64,000 nucleotides of DNA from a virus, in the IMG/VR virus record IMGVR_UViG_3300045988_154953; one strand, given 5' to 3'. The notes beneath the pieces are model-generated. The model was given only the letters and a program-made list of their open reading frames with translations. It was not told the DNA's origin and ran no database searches. Below, piece by piece: positions 1-9,876 of this stretch (position 1 is the stretch's first letter; each line of letters begins with the position of its first letter). A program made the translations under genes and the position numbers.

Positions 1-216
1 AAAGCATTAAAAGAAATCTGTGACAAAAACAATACAACAAAACTTGTAGCAATTCCAAGTTCAATTCATGAGTTTTTGATTCAGCCATATGATGAATCTT
101 TAGGGATAAGCATTGATGAGTTTTCTAAAATGGTAATGGAAGTCAATGCATCAACTGTTGATCCGGTTGATCAGCTTGCATCAAGAGCATTTATTATCAA
201 TAAAGAGGATTTGTAA
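1..216 (+). CDS. hypothetical protein, C-terminal part (5' end outside window)
   Basis: frame 1 open from window edge to TAA 214-216. Confidence 0.5.
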   Translation, partial: KALKEICDKNNTTKLVAIPSSIHEFLIQPYDESLGISIDEFSKMVMEVNASTVDPVDQLASRAFIINKEDL

Positions 217-294
217 TTAATATACACAATTAATGTATAAGCATACATAATGTGGTATTATTCCCACACTGAACTAAAAAGAAGGAGAGCTAGA

Positions 295-975
295 ATGGGC
301 TTAGTTTATAGTTTTAGCGAAACAAAAGAAGAGAAGTTATATGAATCTTACGGTATGGTAGTATACGGAAACGTAAACAAATATACCTGGACAATCTATC
401 CAGATAGACCAGATGAAGAAGTATATACATCCATTAGAATCGAAAAAGATGGAGAAGATATTGTAAATGAAAAGCTTGGCAATAGATGTATCTTTAAAGA
501 AGTTTTTGAAAGAACGATTGATAACTTTTTATGGTGGCTTGATCAAGACAAACCTGATCCATACGATGTAGAGAGGATGATTTTTAAGAGTTTATGTGAA
601 AATAGCTCATTATTCAACTATCGGATAGAAAACCGAAAGCAGAAAATGCTTGAAAAATATAGAGAAAATGAACGTGCCGAAAAGCGAAAAATCCAGATGA
701 AAGAACTGTTTCATCAGTTGCAGTCTATATGTGACAAAAAGAAATGGTTACTCTATCAGCATGGTGATTATCCATATTGTGACTGTTATATTTTTAAAGC
801 CAAACGTGCAAAAGAATATATCTTAGATGCAATTGCGGCAGATAAATCTAATAGAATTAAAAGTTTTGCTGATTTTGCAAAGGAACATCCAGACAATACG
901 GATGTTGAATTAATTGCATCTGGATATATTGAAAATGTTGTAAATATGCTGAAAGAGAGAGGAATAAAATTATGA
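295..975 (+). CDS. hypothetical protein
   Basis: ORF 250..975; start placed at ATG 295 behind AGGAGA RBS; no family recognised. Confidence 0.6.
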   Translation: MGLVYSFSETKEEKLYESYGMVVYGNVNKYTWTIYPDRPDEEVYTSIRIEKDGEDIVNEKLGNRCIFKEVFERTIDNFLWWLDQDKPDPYDVERMIFKSLCENSSLFNYRIENRKQKMLEKYRENERAEKRKIQMKELFHQLQSICDKKKWLLYQHGDYPYCDCYIFKAKRAKEYILDAIAADKSNRIKSFADFAKEHPDNTDVELIASGYIENVVNMLKERGIKL

Positions 976-1592
976 TTGAAATTAGAATTAATAATACTGG
1001 TGATGGCTGCTATTGGTTATATGGAGAAGATAAATTGTGGAAAAATTATATTCATGAAGATTTTGATGAACATGTGGTTTTATATGGTAACAGAAGTTAC
1101 AATGGATGTAAAGAAGCTTCATGGTATGAAAGAACTATGGAAATTCTGAATGATATTGATGATTGGGATGAGTACCCAGAAGATTTACCAGACGAAACAA
1201 ACGCAAAGTTAAAAGAGCTGTACGATGGCTGTCGGAATATTAATAACATTGTGGTAGACGTTATTAAACTTTTATATCCAAATGATAAGTTTAAAAGTGG
1301 TACACTTACAGGATATTCCCAGGGAGATTGGGAGTATTACATTGTAAAGGGAGATGTTGATACAGAACTACTTGAGGCATTATATTTTAATAAAATTTCA
1401 GATGTAACTGTATTCGATGGTAATGATAATATTAGTGGATTCATTACCGATGATGATTTATGGGAAGCAGAAAGAAATGGAACTTTAGGTAAATTGTTAA
1501 GAGAAAGATTTGACATCTCGGATGATGAAGATGTCAAAATCTATAAGGCAGATGGATACAAGGAGATTATTGATTGGCAGGAAGTTTGCTAG
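972..1592 (+). CDS. hypothetical acidic protein
   Basis: ATGA start/stop overlap with upstream gene; no family recognised. Confidence 0.65.
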   Translation: MIEIRINNTGDGCYWLYGEDKLWKNYIHEDFDEHVVLYGNRSYNGCKEASWYERTMEILNDIDDWDEYPEDLPDETNAKLKELYDGCRNINNIVVDVIKLLYPNDKFKSGTLTGYSQGDWEYYIVKGDVDTELLEALYFNKISDVTVFDGNDNISGFITDDDLWEAERNGTLGKLLRERFDISDDEDVKIYKADGYKEIIDWQEVC

Positions 1593-1610
1593 AAAAAAAG
1601 AGAGGAAATT

Positions 1611-1964
1611 ATGAAAGCATATAAGTTATTAAGAGTTTTATCAGATGGAAATCTTTACCCATTGTTTATTCATAAAACATATACCACACCATTGAATGAA
1701 TGGTTGCAGGCAGAATGTTATCCGACAAAGGGATTTGCAATTCGTAAAGGATATCATTGTACATTCACACCATATGCCCCACACCTTTCTATGAGACTTT
1801 CGAATGGAGAGCAGCGGATCTGGTGTGAATGTGAGATTGAAGACTGGAATACATACGACCGGCCAGAATCACAAGGCGGTAAATGGATTCTTGCTCAGAG
1901 AATGAAAATTCTCAGAACACTTACGGAAGAAGAAGTTAAAAATATCTTAAAAGCAGCTGCATAA
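1611..1964 (+). CDS. hypothetical protein
   Basis: tiled + strand ORF with GAGAGGA RBS; no family recognised. Confidence 0.65.
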   Translation: MKAYKLLRVLSDGNLYPLFIHKTYTTPLNEWLQAECYPTKGFAIRKGYHCTFTPYAPHLSMRLSNGEQRIWCECEIEDWNTYDRPESQGGKWILAQRMKILRTLTEEEVKNILKAAA

Positions 1965-1976
1965 GGAAGTGAAATT

Positions 1977-2282
1977 ATGATTAGTACAGTAGATACGACA
2001 TTAAGTGTGATCAATGGATATGCTTGTATAGTTCCTGTTCAATATCCAAATTGGTATGATATTCCTGAAATTGGATTTATCAATCATGGTGAATGGTCAG
2101 ATCCTTACATTGAGTACAAAGGTAAACAGATTAATTCACATATTATTGAAGATGCAATGTATGAAGAATATTGTGAAGAATGTGAGCCTGGTAAAGACAA
2201 CTTGGATGATTTTGCAATTTATATGAAAAACCATACCGAATATGTATACAATTTAATTGATGAAATAAACGTATGCATATAA
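1977..2282 (+). CDS. hypothetical protein
   Basis: tiled + strand ORF; stop TAA merges into 18-nt motif copy. Confidence 0.6.
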   Translation: MISTVDTTLSVINGYACIVPVQYPNWYDIPEIGFINHGEWSDPYIEYKGKQINSHIIEDAMYEEYCEECEPGKDNLDDFAIYMKNHTEYVYNLIDEINVCI

Positions 2283-2298
2283 ACTAATCAATATAATT
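2281..2298 (+). repeat. 18-nt boundary motif copy R1
   Basis: AAACTAATCAATATAATT; overlaps TAA of upstream gene; TTGAAT-17-TATTAT follows. Confidence 0.8.
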
Positions 2299-2340
2299 AT
2301 TTATATTGAATGAATATGATACATATGCTATTATAAGAGT

Positions 2341-2358
2341 AGACTAATCAATATAATT
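2341..2358 (+). repeat. 18-nt boundary motif copy R2
   Basis: AGACTAATCAATATAATT, 60 nt after R1. Confidence 0.8.
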
Positions 2359-2476
2359 ACGATAGGTAAAACAAATGAAATATTATGCGATTAGAGTTAC
2401 AAAAACTAAAGATATGTTTACAATATTTTTGAGTATATACAAAACCTATTAAAACAAATGCGAAAGGAAATACAAA

Positions 2477-2773
2477 ATGTTCAAAACAAGACGAATGCCT
2501 ATTTACAATTATCTGGATTTATCAACAGCTCATATTAAAGAGAAAACGTATAAATGGCTGGAAGAACAGATTGATAAGAAAACTCCATCAGCAATTGTAT
2601 ACAGAAAAGATGCTGGATTGTTTGTATGTGTTCCACCAGATATGACAGAGGAATGGAAAGTACCTGATGATCTTAGATACTGTTTATGGTGTGCATATAA
2701 ATATAACTGTAATTGGATTATCTTCGATGCAGATGCACCGGTGATTGATGACTTAGTTCAGTATGAATGGTAG
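2477..2773 (+). CDS. hypothetical protein
   Basis: tiled + strand ORF, AAGGAAA RBS; no family recognised. Confidence 0.6.
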   Translation: MFKTRRMPIYNYLDLSTAHIKEKTYKWLEEQIDKKTPSAIVYRKDAGLFVCVPPDMTEEWKVPDDLRYCLWCAYKYNCNWIIFDADAPVIDDLVQYEW

Positions 2774-2782
2774 GTGATATAA

Positions 2783-2980
2783 ATGTATACAGATACTACA
2801 AGGATTATTGAAAATGTTACAAATCAGTTTCCAGAAGCGAAAAATAAAAATTTGGAAGTAATGTATGATACTGATTCATTTGAATATCAAGTATCTAATC
2901 AAGAGTATTGTTATGCATTCTATGATGATGATCATGGTAATGGTAGAAGGCAAGTTGAACAGTTCATTAGAGAATATTGA
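2783..2980 (+). CDS. hypothetical protein
   Basis: tiled + strand ORF; no family recognised. Confidence 0.5.
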   Translation: MYTDTTRIIENVTNQFPEAKNKNLEVMYDTDSFEYQVSNQEYCYAFYDDDHGNGRRQVEQFIREY

Positions 2981-2994
2981 AAGGAATGATAATC

Positions 2995-3240
2995 ATGAAA
3001 AGAATATTTGTAAACAATGGTGATAGCATCGTATTAAACGCTGATCCAAATGAAAAAGGGTTAGAAGTTGTTAGTTTAGATTCAAACATTGGAATTAATT
3101 ATAGCTATATAATCCCAGAAGGCGAAATAGTTATGTTACTTAATTATTATAGGAATTGTAAGAGTGGATTAGAGAAATCTGATTATATCTCTAAAGGCAG
3201 AATTATTAATACTAATAGTTTAAAGCTTGAATATTTATAG
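2995..3240 (+). CDS. hypothetical protein
   Basis: ORF 2977..3240; start moved to ATG 2995 behind AAAGGA. Confidence 0.55.
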   Translation: MKRIFVNNGDSIVLNADPNEKGLEVVSLDSNIGINYSYIIPEGEIVMLLNYYRNCKSGLEKSDYISKGRIINTNSLKLEYL

Positions 3241-3283
3241 AAATTAATTTTTAACAGTAGTAAAAATGATTATGGAGGCGAAA

Positions 3284-3472
3284 ATGAAAGATTTATTTTA
3301 TTTAATCATCGGTTTATTTTATTTAATCAGCTGTTTATTTTATTTGTATGTAAGACGTAGATATATAAATAAAGATGTATATACTTTCGCTTATTATGTT
3401 TTTGTCATTGCATCTTTTTTAATGATGTTAACGTCTATTTTTTTTAATATCATCAGGAATGTAACTAGATAA
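3284..3472 (+). CDS. small membrane protein
   Basis: ORF 3266..3472; ATG 3284 follows GGAGG; two hydrophobic segments. Confidence 0.55.
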   Translation: MKDLFYLIIGLFYLISCLFYLYVRRRYINKDVYTFAYYVFVIASFLMMLTSIFFNIIRNVTR

Positions 3473-3488
3473 AAGTAAATGGTGAGTT

Positions 3489-3689
3489 ATGATTAAAATT
3501 TTAAAACAATATGCAAATGAATATGTAGCATGTTTGCCGGTGTCTTGCGAGACTGAAATCATGGATGAAGTGATAAATACAATTCACGAATTACATTTAT
3601 CCGAAGAAAAGAAAGCTGCAGCGATTGAAGATGCAAACAATGAAAAAGTGTGTAATCTAACAGATACAATAGAAATTGAATTTATTTAG
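3489..3689 (+). CDS. hypothetical protein
   Basis: tiled + strand ORF; no family recognised. Confidence 0.5.
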   Translation: MIKILKQYANEYVACLPVSCETEIMDEVINTIHELHLSEEKKAAAIEDANNEKVCNLTDTIEIEFI

Positions 3690-3705
3690 AGAGGATGTAT
3701 GAATT

Positions 3706-4887
3706 ATGATGAAATTTACAATATATGCAAAAGTTTTAAAGGAAATGATTGAAAAAGCCGCTACTACAATTGATAAGAAATCTGTATTAGAGAGTTTAAA
3801 GAGATTATATATGCAAATTGATGAAAATGAAACTTTGAGAATTTGGAGTTCTGATCTCAATCACTATGTAGAAATTAGGAATAATTCTGTATATTTAACA
3901 AGTCCAGGAATTGTAGGGATTGATATTGATGATATTAAAATCATCACGAAAATGACTGGTGAAGTTACAATTGAAGATGTATCAACAGAAAACGAAAGGA
4001 AAATTAATATAATCTGTGGAAAGAAAACAGTTTCAATTCCAGGATATGGAAATACAGATATCTTTTTACCAGATATGGATGATACCGAAATGAAGATTTT
4101 AGGTGTAAAAGAAAATTGGTTACTTGATACAATCACGAAGTTATCTACATTTACTTCTGATGATGGTCGTAATAAGATGCTAATGGTATTCAATTTTAAT
4201 ATAAAAGATAAACGAGTAGAGGCTTTGGATGGTCGAATGATTGGTATGAGATCTCTTGAAAGCCAAACAGTCTATACTGTATCTGATAATCGTTTTGATA
4301 CAGTAAAGCTTCATAGAATGTGTGTTCCGGTATTTAAGAAGTTATTAGGTAAAAAATCTGAAAGAGAAGTTATTATATCTCAGGATAAAAAATATGTGAA
4401 AGTGGAGGGAGATGATTTTACGTATATCATCAGAAGAATTGATGGGGAATATTTCAATGTTGAAAGTGTTTTGAATATTTCAGAACGATTCAGATATATA
4501 GCCAATAGAGAAAACTTTTTGGAAGTAATGAAGTATAATGATGACTTGATTAAAACTTCTAAATGTGACAGAGATTATGTAATTATGCATACAGAAAATA
4601 ATATTATGTATTCATATATAAATACAGGTAAATATGAAGCATTAGATGAATTGGAAGTTAAAGAAAATACTATGAATGATGAATTGTATATAGCATATAA
4701 TCCAAAGTTCTTAGTAGATGTATTTAATATCATTGATTCAGATGAGCCAGTATGTATAGGGAAAGATCGTGTTTCTCCATTGATTATTACAGGCAATGAA
4801 TATAGTTTTTTAATATTACCTGTAAGTATTGGAAATAAAAATTACATTACAAACTTTACAAAGAGAATTAGAGGCGAGGTGGCATAA
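3706..4887 (+). CDS. dnaN: DNA polymerase III beta sliding clamp-like protein
   Basis: 393 aa; N-terminus MKFTI..LKEMIEKAATTIDKKSVLESLKRLYMQIDENETLRIWSSDLNHYVEI follows the DnaN pattern; size fits a three-domain clamp. Confidence 0.65.
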   Translation: MMKFTIYAKVLKEMIEKAATTIDKKSVLESLKRLYMQIDENETLRIWSSDLNHYVEIRNNSVYLTSPGIVGIDIDDIKIITKMTGEVTIEDVSTENERKINIICGKKTVSIPGYGNTDIFLPDMDDTEMKILGVKENWLLDTITKLSTFTSDDGRNKMLMVFNFNIKDKRVEALDGRMIGMRSLESQTVYTVSDNRFDTVKLHRMCVPVFKKLLGKKSEREVIISQDKKYVKVEGDDFTYIIRRIDGEYFNVESVLNISERFRYIANRENFLEVMKYNDDLIKTSKCDRDYVIMHTENNIMYSYINTGKYEALDELEVKENTMNDELYIAYNPKFLVDVFNIIDSDEPVCIGKDRVSPLIITGNEYSFLILPVSIGNKNYITNFTKRIRGEVA

Positions 4888-4967
4888 TCCACATTGCTTT
4901 TGGAAGTGGGAAATGAAATTAAGTTATTCGCTGTTGTTGATAATGATTGTTTAAAGGAGTGATTAAT

Positions 4968-5141
4968 ATGATGACAAAAGAGAGCTTTGAAAAGACAAAT
5001 TATAAAATGAGTTATGAAGAGTACCTGAAATGCTACTGTGGTGAATGTAATAAAACAGATTGTATCCATAGAAATGCATATAGAAGAATACCTAAAATTG
5101 ATGGTGGACTTGGTTTATGTCCTAACCTGAAGGGAGAGTGA
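4968..5141 (+). CDS. small Cys-rich protein
   Basis: ORF 4947..5141; ATG 4968 behind AAGGAG; CYCGECNKTDC motif. Confidence 0.5.
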   Translation: MMTKESFEKTNYKMSYEEYLKCYCGECNKTDCIHRNAYRRIPKIDGGLGLCPNLKGE

Positions 5142-5146
5142 TTTAA

Positions 5147-5332
5147 ATGTACAGAGTATATAAATTAACGGATGAAGAGAAAGATAAAATTGTGCGATGT
5201 CATTGGGATGGAGATACACATTACTATGATGTATTTGAATCACAAGAAGAGTGCGATGAAGAACAGAAAAGACTAGATAAAATTGAAGCAGAATATAAAA
5301 AACAAAAAGATGATTATTTAAAAAAAGTGTAA
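5147..5332 (+). CDS. hypothetical protein
   Basis: tiled + strand ORF; no family recognised. Confidence 0.5.
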   Translation: MYRVYKLTDEEKDKIVRCHWDGDTHYYDVFESQEECDEEQKRLDKIEAEYKKQKDDYLKKV

Positions 5333-5345
5333 AGGAGTGATTAAG

Positions 5346-5553
5346 ATGTTTAAATATATTATCAGTTATGACGGTGGATTTTTAAGAGACAGCTCCGATT
5401 TTGAATGGGGGATTATTTAATTCCTATGATGAAGCAGAAGAAGAAGCTAATAATGCAAAGGAAGAATATATGAGAGATTGGGATATTGAAGGCAGTGAAT
5501 ATGATTCTGATGATTTCTGTATTGAGATTGAGGAGGTGTTATTGATATGGTAG
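5346..5553 (+). pseudogene. small gene interrupted by +1 frame change at a G5 run
   Basis: ATG 5346 behind AAGGAG stops at TAA 5418-5420; the +1 frame stays open from the GGGGG run (5407-5411) to TAG 5551-5553. Confidence 0.45.
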
Positions 5554-5828
5554 ACCAGTGGACGGGCGAATGGACGGAAAAATTAGATGAAGTAACAAAT
5601 AAATACTTTCAGAATGTCATTAAAAATTCATGGACATGGCAGCGTTTGACAGAAGAAGAGAAACAAAGATTTGTCAATCTTGATGTTTTTAATGAAATCA
5701 AAGGAAATAAAGATGCAAGAGAACAGTGGTTATTTACTATCTATGCCGGATTTTTAACTGGAGTGGGTTTTAACGGATCTATTAGATGGAGGGCGACAGA
5801 AGATAAGAAAGAAAAACCATTTTTCTAA
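5547..5828 (+). CDS. hypothetical protein
   Basis: tiled + strand ORF behind GAGGAGG; no family recognised. Confidence 0.6.
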   Translation: MVDQWTGEWTEKLDEVTNKYFQNVIKNSWTWQRLTEEEKQRFVNLDVFNEIKGNKDAREQWLFTIYAGFLTGVGFNGSIRWRATEDKKEKPFF

Positions 5829-5862
5829 AACAAAGAAATAGCAATTTCATGGGAGGAAAATT

Positions 5863-6057
5863 ATGTGGTTTTTTGAAGCAGAATACGTAAATATGGATTG
5901 TGATAGTTCTATTGATTCAGTAAGACGGAGAATAGAATTTGACGGAGATAATTTCTTTGATACTGAAAAAGAATGTTATTTATATGCTATGGAACAGGCA
6001 TTGAAAATGCAAAAGAAAAACGAATGTTTGAGTAAATTGGAATTTATAGCGTGTTAG
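5863..6057 (+). CDS. hypothetical protein
   Basis: tiled + strand ORF behind GGGAGGA. Confidence 0.5.
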   Translation: MWFFEAEYVNMDCDSSIDSVRRRIEFDGDNFFDTEKECYLYAMEQALKMQKKNECLSKLEFIAC

Positions 6058-6074
6058 AGATGGAGTGATGAATT

Positions 6075-6308
6075 ATGACAAAAGTAGAATATGCAAAGTG
6101 TGAAAAACTCATGGAAGAAGCTATTAGAAAAGCAAAAGACGCACAGAAAGATTTTATATATGCATGGAAAGAAGATGATCGATTACAACAGAAAATCTTA
6201 CGTGAAAGAGGTCAGAATCATTTAGGATATGCAAAAGGAATTAATCAAACACTTGTATGTATTGGTTTTAAGCATGAACGGATGGAAGAATTAGGGAATT
6301 TGTTATAG
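6075..6308 (+). CDS. hypothetical protein
   Basis: tiled + strand ORF. Confidence 0.55.
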   Translation: MTKVEYAKCEKLMEEAIRKAKDAQKDFIYAWKEDDRLQQKILRERGQNHLGYAKGINQTLVCIGFKHERMEELGNLL

Positions 6309-6320
6309 AAAGGATAGTTG

Positions 6321-6566
6321 ATGGAAATGAAAAATATAGATTATGCTAAGTTAGCTATGGCAATTATCAATGAGTATGAATCAGATCGTGCAGAATCTGG
6401 CAGGAAAGAAATTAGAAAAGGAATGAAACATGTGTTAGATAAATATAAATCTGAGCACGATAAAGAGATTATTGATGAAATGCTTATAACCTTTACTGGA
6501 TGGAATTTGGAAACACTTATTCAGAAGTCAGAAAAGATAAGTGATAATGAAATAGAAGAGGAATAA
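6321..6566 (+). CDS. hypothetical protein
   Basis: ORF 6318..6566; ATG 6321 preferred over TTG 6318. Confidence 0.55.
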   Translation: MEMKNIDYAKLAMAIINEYESDRAESGRKEIRKGMKHVLDKYKSEHDKEIIDEMLITFTGWNLETLIQKSEKISDNEIEEE

Positions 6567-6569
6567 TTT

Positions 6570-6854
6570 ATGACAGAAGAACAACGGAAATTTAAAGAGA
6601 AAATAAAGTATGATTTAGGTTATGATGTTGATTTTAACACATATTGCATCACAAGAGGACGTGGATGGTCTAAGTCAGATGGATCATGCGGAGCTTGTAT
6701 TAATGCAACTTTTACAGGTGATAACGGAATTACTGGAACTATAACGTTACTACTTTGTCATCCATTAAGAGTATATAACAGAAAGAAATATAAATTGATA
6801 GAAATAGATAATGTACGTACACATGATACATTTATTGAGATTGAGAAGAAATAA
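6570..6854 (+). CDS. hypothetical protein
   Basis: tiled + strand ORF. Confidence 0.55.
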   Translation: MTEEQRKFKEKIKYDLGYDVDFNTYCITRGRGWSKSDGSCGACINATFTGDNGITGTITLLLCHPLRVYNRKKYKLIEIDNVRTHDTFIEIEKK

Positions 6855-6874
6855 AAAATTGGAGATGGTAATTA

Positions 6875-7144
6875 ATGAATGCAACAATACAAAATGGTCA
6901 AGTAACGTATGTCGGTTTTAATCCGAATGATAACAACAAATGTCTTATTGAGACAAGAGGTAGTTATACATACGTGAACTATCAGGAAGATGAATTCACA
7001 CAAGTAATTTTGGGATATGTGATAAAACAGTCCAATGGAAAATATAAAGCGTTTCATGGATTAGATGAAAAGAATGCAAAGTATTTTGATACTGTTGATG
7101 ATGGAATTAAATATGTTAAATCATTCAAAACAGAAATGGAGTGA
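6875..7144 (+). CDS. hypothetical protein
   Basis: tiled + strand ORF behind GGAGATGG. Confidence 0.55.
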   Translation: MNATIQNGQVTYVGFNPNDNNKCLIETRGSYTYVNYQEDEFTQVILGYVIKQSNGKYKAFHGLDEKNAKYFDTVDDGIKYVKSFKTEME

Positions 7145-7150
7145 TAAATT

Positions 7151-7369
7151 ATGACAGTAAGAGAATTAAATAGAGATCAGTTACACGAACTGAAACAAGC
7201 ATATTATTCAGAACTTGTAAATGATGGCACTTTTGCAGAAGTGATGGGAGTTAATATTAATGAGCCGTCATATAAAATGATTACAAGTATTGATGAATAT
7301 GTTAGTGACGAATTTATTTATGAACACTATGATGGATATAGTTTTACAGAAGATGATTTTTTCCTGTAG
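7151..7369 (+). CDS. hypothetical protein
   Basis: tiled + strand ORF. Confidence 0.5.
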   Translation: MTVRELNRDQLHELKQAYYSELVNDGTFAEVMGVNINEPSYKMITSIDEYVSDEFIYEHYDGYSFTEDDFFL

Positions 7370-7390
7370 TGCGGAAAGGAGTGATGATAT

Positions 7391-7693
7391 ATGAAAGGTA
7401 CGATGAAAGTAAATAAATTAAATAAGTCAGGTCTGTATATTTCTGAAGTTGATTGGGATAAGTGTTATAAAAGTGAAAGTAATCCTGATGGAAATTTCGT
7501 AATGATAATTGAGCCATTGGAGGGATGTGATAAAGGAATTGTTTATTATGAAAAAGTAGACGGTGGATATCTTATTAAAGGTGAAGCTTATATTATAGAG
7601 GACAGAATTGATAGAATCGAAGCAGATATACGGAAATGGAAAACAGCATACAAAAAGAAACCATTTGATTATATAAAGGAGAAATTAAGTTAG
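7391..7693 (+). CDS. hypothetical protein
   Basis: tiled + strand ORF behind AAAGGAG. Confidence 0.55.
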   Translation: MKGTMKVNKLNKSGLYISEVDWDKCYKSESNPDGNFVMIIEPLEGCDKGIVYYEKVDGGYLIKGEAYIIEDRIDRIEADIRKWKTAYKKKPFDYIKEKLS

Positions 7694-7726
7694 CATGAAA
7701 CAAGATTTTCAACGGGAGGTATAAAA

Positions 7727-7957
7727 ATGTCAAAATTAAATTGGAATATAGTTCATGAATGTGATGATGAAGATGGAAATCCAACTCAGTGGTCTTCAGA
7801 AATTAATCATCCAAAATACGGAAAATATTGTTGGATTAATGATATGGGTGATTATTTTGGAGTAGAAGTTGATTATGGAGGTTTTACAGAACTAGTTGAA
7901 TGTAAGTCACTTATAAGTGCAAAAAGATGGGTGGCTACACAGTTAATGAAACGATAA
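7727..7957 (+). CDS. hypothetical protein
   Basis: tiled + strand ORF behind GGGAGG. Confidence 0.55.
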   Translation: MSKLNWNIVHECDDEDGNPTQWSSEINHPKYGKYCWINDMGDYFGVEVDYGGFTELVECKSLISAKRWVATQLMKR

Positions 7958-7981
7958 TTTACTGTAAAGATTGGAGGAAAT

Positions 7982-8182
7982 ATGATGAAACGTGATTTAG
8001 TAGATGAATTATATAAAACGGCATATAAACGATATAGAGAAAAATATCCAAACAAAGATTTTGCATCTATTCCAAATTTTTTAAATTCACTTTGGTTTAG
8101 TATTGAAGGTGAACTTAATAGAAATGGATATGATGCTGCAAGAAAATATGCAGAAGAAGCAGAGTTAATTGTATTAAGGTGA
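7982..8182 (+). CDS. hypothetical protein
   Basis: preceded by the conserved junction TTTACTGTAAAGATTGGAGGAAAT. Confidence 0.55.
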   Translation: MMKRDLVDELYKTAYKRYREKYPNKDFASIPNFLNSLWFSIEGELNRNGYDAARKYAEEAELIVLR

Positions 8183-8204
8183 ATGGTAAGATTGGAGGAA
8201 TAAA

Positions 8205-8537
8205 ATGGAATTATTAAAGGAATATTCAGAAAAATATGGATTAAAAGAAGTTGTAAATGACTATAACGATTATAGACAAACAAAAGAAAATAGTATTGTA
8301 TTCTCTAATGGGTGGGTTGCTTCCATTGTAAAAAATGATGGCATTGATGTTTATCATCCAAACGGAAAACATATCAAAGAATATAAATCCGACAAAAAGT
8401 ATTCAGTTGCGATGTGTGATTATAATGGATATTTTGACTGGGTTTTATTGAATCAATATGGAGCAATTGAAGGTTGTATTTATTGCGACACAGAATTAGA
8501 GATTTTGATTGCTTGCGAAACAATTAGGAGACTTTAA
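8205..8537 (+). CDS. hypothetical protein
   Basis: tiled + strand ORF behind TTGGAGGA. Confidence 0.6.
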   Translation: MELLKEYSEKYGLKEVVNDYNDYRQTKENSIVFSNGWVASIVKNDGIDVYHPNGKHIKEYKSDKKYSVAMCDYNGYFDWVLLNQYGAIEGCIYCDTELEILIACETIRRL

Positions 8538-8587
8538 AGAAACCACAATGAAATGAGGATTTACTAGAAAGAATGGAGGTAATAAGG

Positions 8588-8845
8588 ATGCAGAATATTA
8601 CAGAAATTATCAATATTATAGAAAAATCATGGGGAGTGAATTCTATTGGTTGTCCTTTTGGTTCATGTACAGAGGACTTTGCGAATGAAAAGATGATAGA
8701 AATTGCCAATAGACATAATTTCCCTGACGATATAATTGATTTGATTAAAGATAATCCGATTAAGTTTCCTAAATATCAGAAATTTGATAATGGGCGTGGT
8801 ATAGGTAGATACTATGCAAATTTGATAAGACAAAAGAAACGATGA
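8588..8845 (+). CDS. hypothetical protein
   Basis: ORF 8573..8845; ATG 8588 follows GGAGG. Confidence 0.55.
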   Translation: MQNITEIINIIEKSWGVNSIGCPFGSCTEDFANEKMIEIANRHNFPDDIIDLIKDNPIKFPKYQKFDNGRGIGRYYANLIRQKKR

Positions 8846-8872
8846 TTTACTGTGAAGATTGGAGGAAATATT

Positions 8873-9079
8873 ATGGATGACATGCAGTTTTCGAGATACA
8901 GTTGCGACATAAGAGAAATATTAGAAAAGACAGATCAAGAGGGTCTTGAAAATCTTGTGCGTAATGCAGTTGCTTATTCACAGAGTAACAATAATAGCAA
9001 AGTAAATTGGATCGCACAGGAGTTATTTGTAGATGTGATTCCAGATGAAATGATTGCAGAGATTTTTAATAAGGAATAA
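8873..9079 (+). CDS. hypothetical protein
   Basis: ORF 8852..9079; ATG 8873 follows the conserved junction/GGAGG. Confidence 0.55.
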   Translation: MDDMQFSRYSCDIREILEKTDQEGLENLVRNAVAYSQSNNNSKVNWIAQELFVDVIPDEMIAEIFNKE

Positions 9080-9113
9080 ATGGATATTTCACAAGGAAAA
9101 TGGAGGAGCAGAT

Positions 9114-9581
9114 ATGGAATTTAAAGAGATGATTTTTAAAGGCTTATGTGATGGAATAGTAAAGATTATCAGTAATCCAAATGATGATTGTATTGTTTGC
9201 CAGATTGGAGAATTTTGGCTTTACTTTATTGGAAGCAAAGATGAAGATTTAACACCTGATGAAGTGTATGAGTCATGTACCAAGGAACAACTTGCAGAAA
9301 TGATTTATTCAACATTGCAGGATATGAAAAAGAATGAATTTGATGAAGTTGAATATTGTAAAGCATTTTTGGAAGAAAAATATATATGTAATACAGAAAA
9401 ATCCGATAATACGAATATGATTTTATGGAACGAACTAAAGAAACACAGAGGACATAAGGTGAGTATTGTGTCATATGGAGATTGGGATAATCCAGAAGAT
9501 GTATGCTTAGAGTGTGAGGATTGTGGAGAAGTTGTACTTGATGCAGAAATTTATACATTATGTGCAAGAGAAGATATTTAA
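9114..9581 (+). CDS. hypothetical protein with C-terminal CxxC..CxxC
   Basis: ORF 9054..9581; ATG 9114 follows GGAGGAG. Confidence 0.6.
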   Translation: MEFKEMIFKGLCDGIVKIISNPNDDCIVCQIGEFWLYFIGSKDEDLTPDEVYESCTKEQLAEMIYSTLQDMKKNEFDEVEYCKAFLEEKYICNTEKSDNTNMILWNELKKHRGHKVSIVSYGDWDNPEDVCLECEDCGEVVLDAEIYTLCAREDI

Positions 9582-9600
9582 TTGAATGGAGGAAAACAAT

Positions 9601-9801
9601 ATGATGTGGACAAAATTATTTAATGTAGTCAGTATTGATAATTTAGAAGGATTGGTTTTTGCAAGATGTACCACTTATGAAAAAGCTGTTAAGGCAAAAG
9701 AGTGTTTAGAAAATAATGAATTTGAAAATATGATCGATATAGTTCAAGATGAAATTCCAGTAGATGTGATTGAAATTAATTCTCAGTTATTAGAACTGTA
9801 A
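9601..9801 (+). CDS. hypothetical protein
   Basis: ORF 9586..9801; ATG 9601 follows GGAGGA. Confidence 0.5.
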   Translation: MMWTKLFNVVSIDNLEGLVFARCTTYEKAVKAKECLENNEFENMIDIVQDEIPVDVIEINSQLLEL

Positions 9802-9876
9802 CAAGATGAATTGATTGCAGAAATTTTTAATAAGGAGTAAATGCGTGTTTCATTGGATTAGAAAGGTAGGTAAAAT

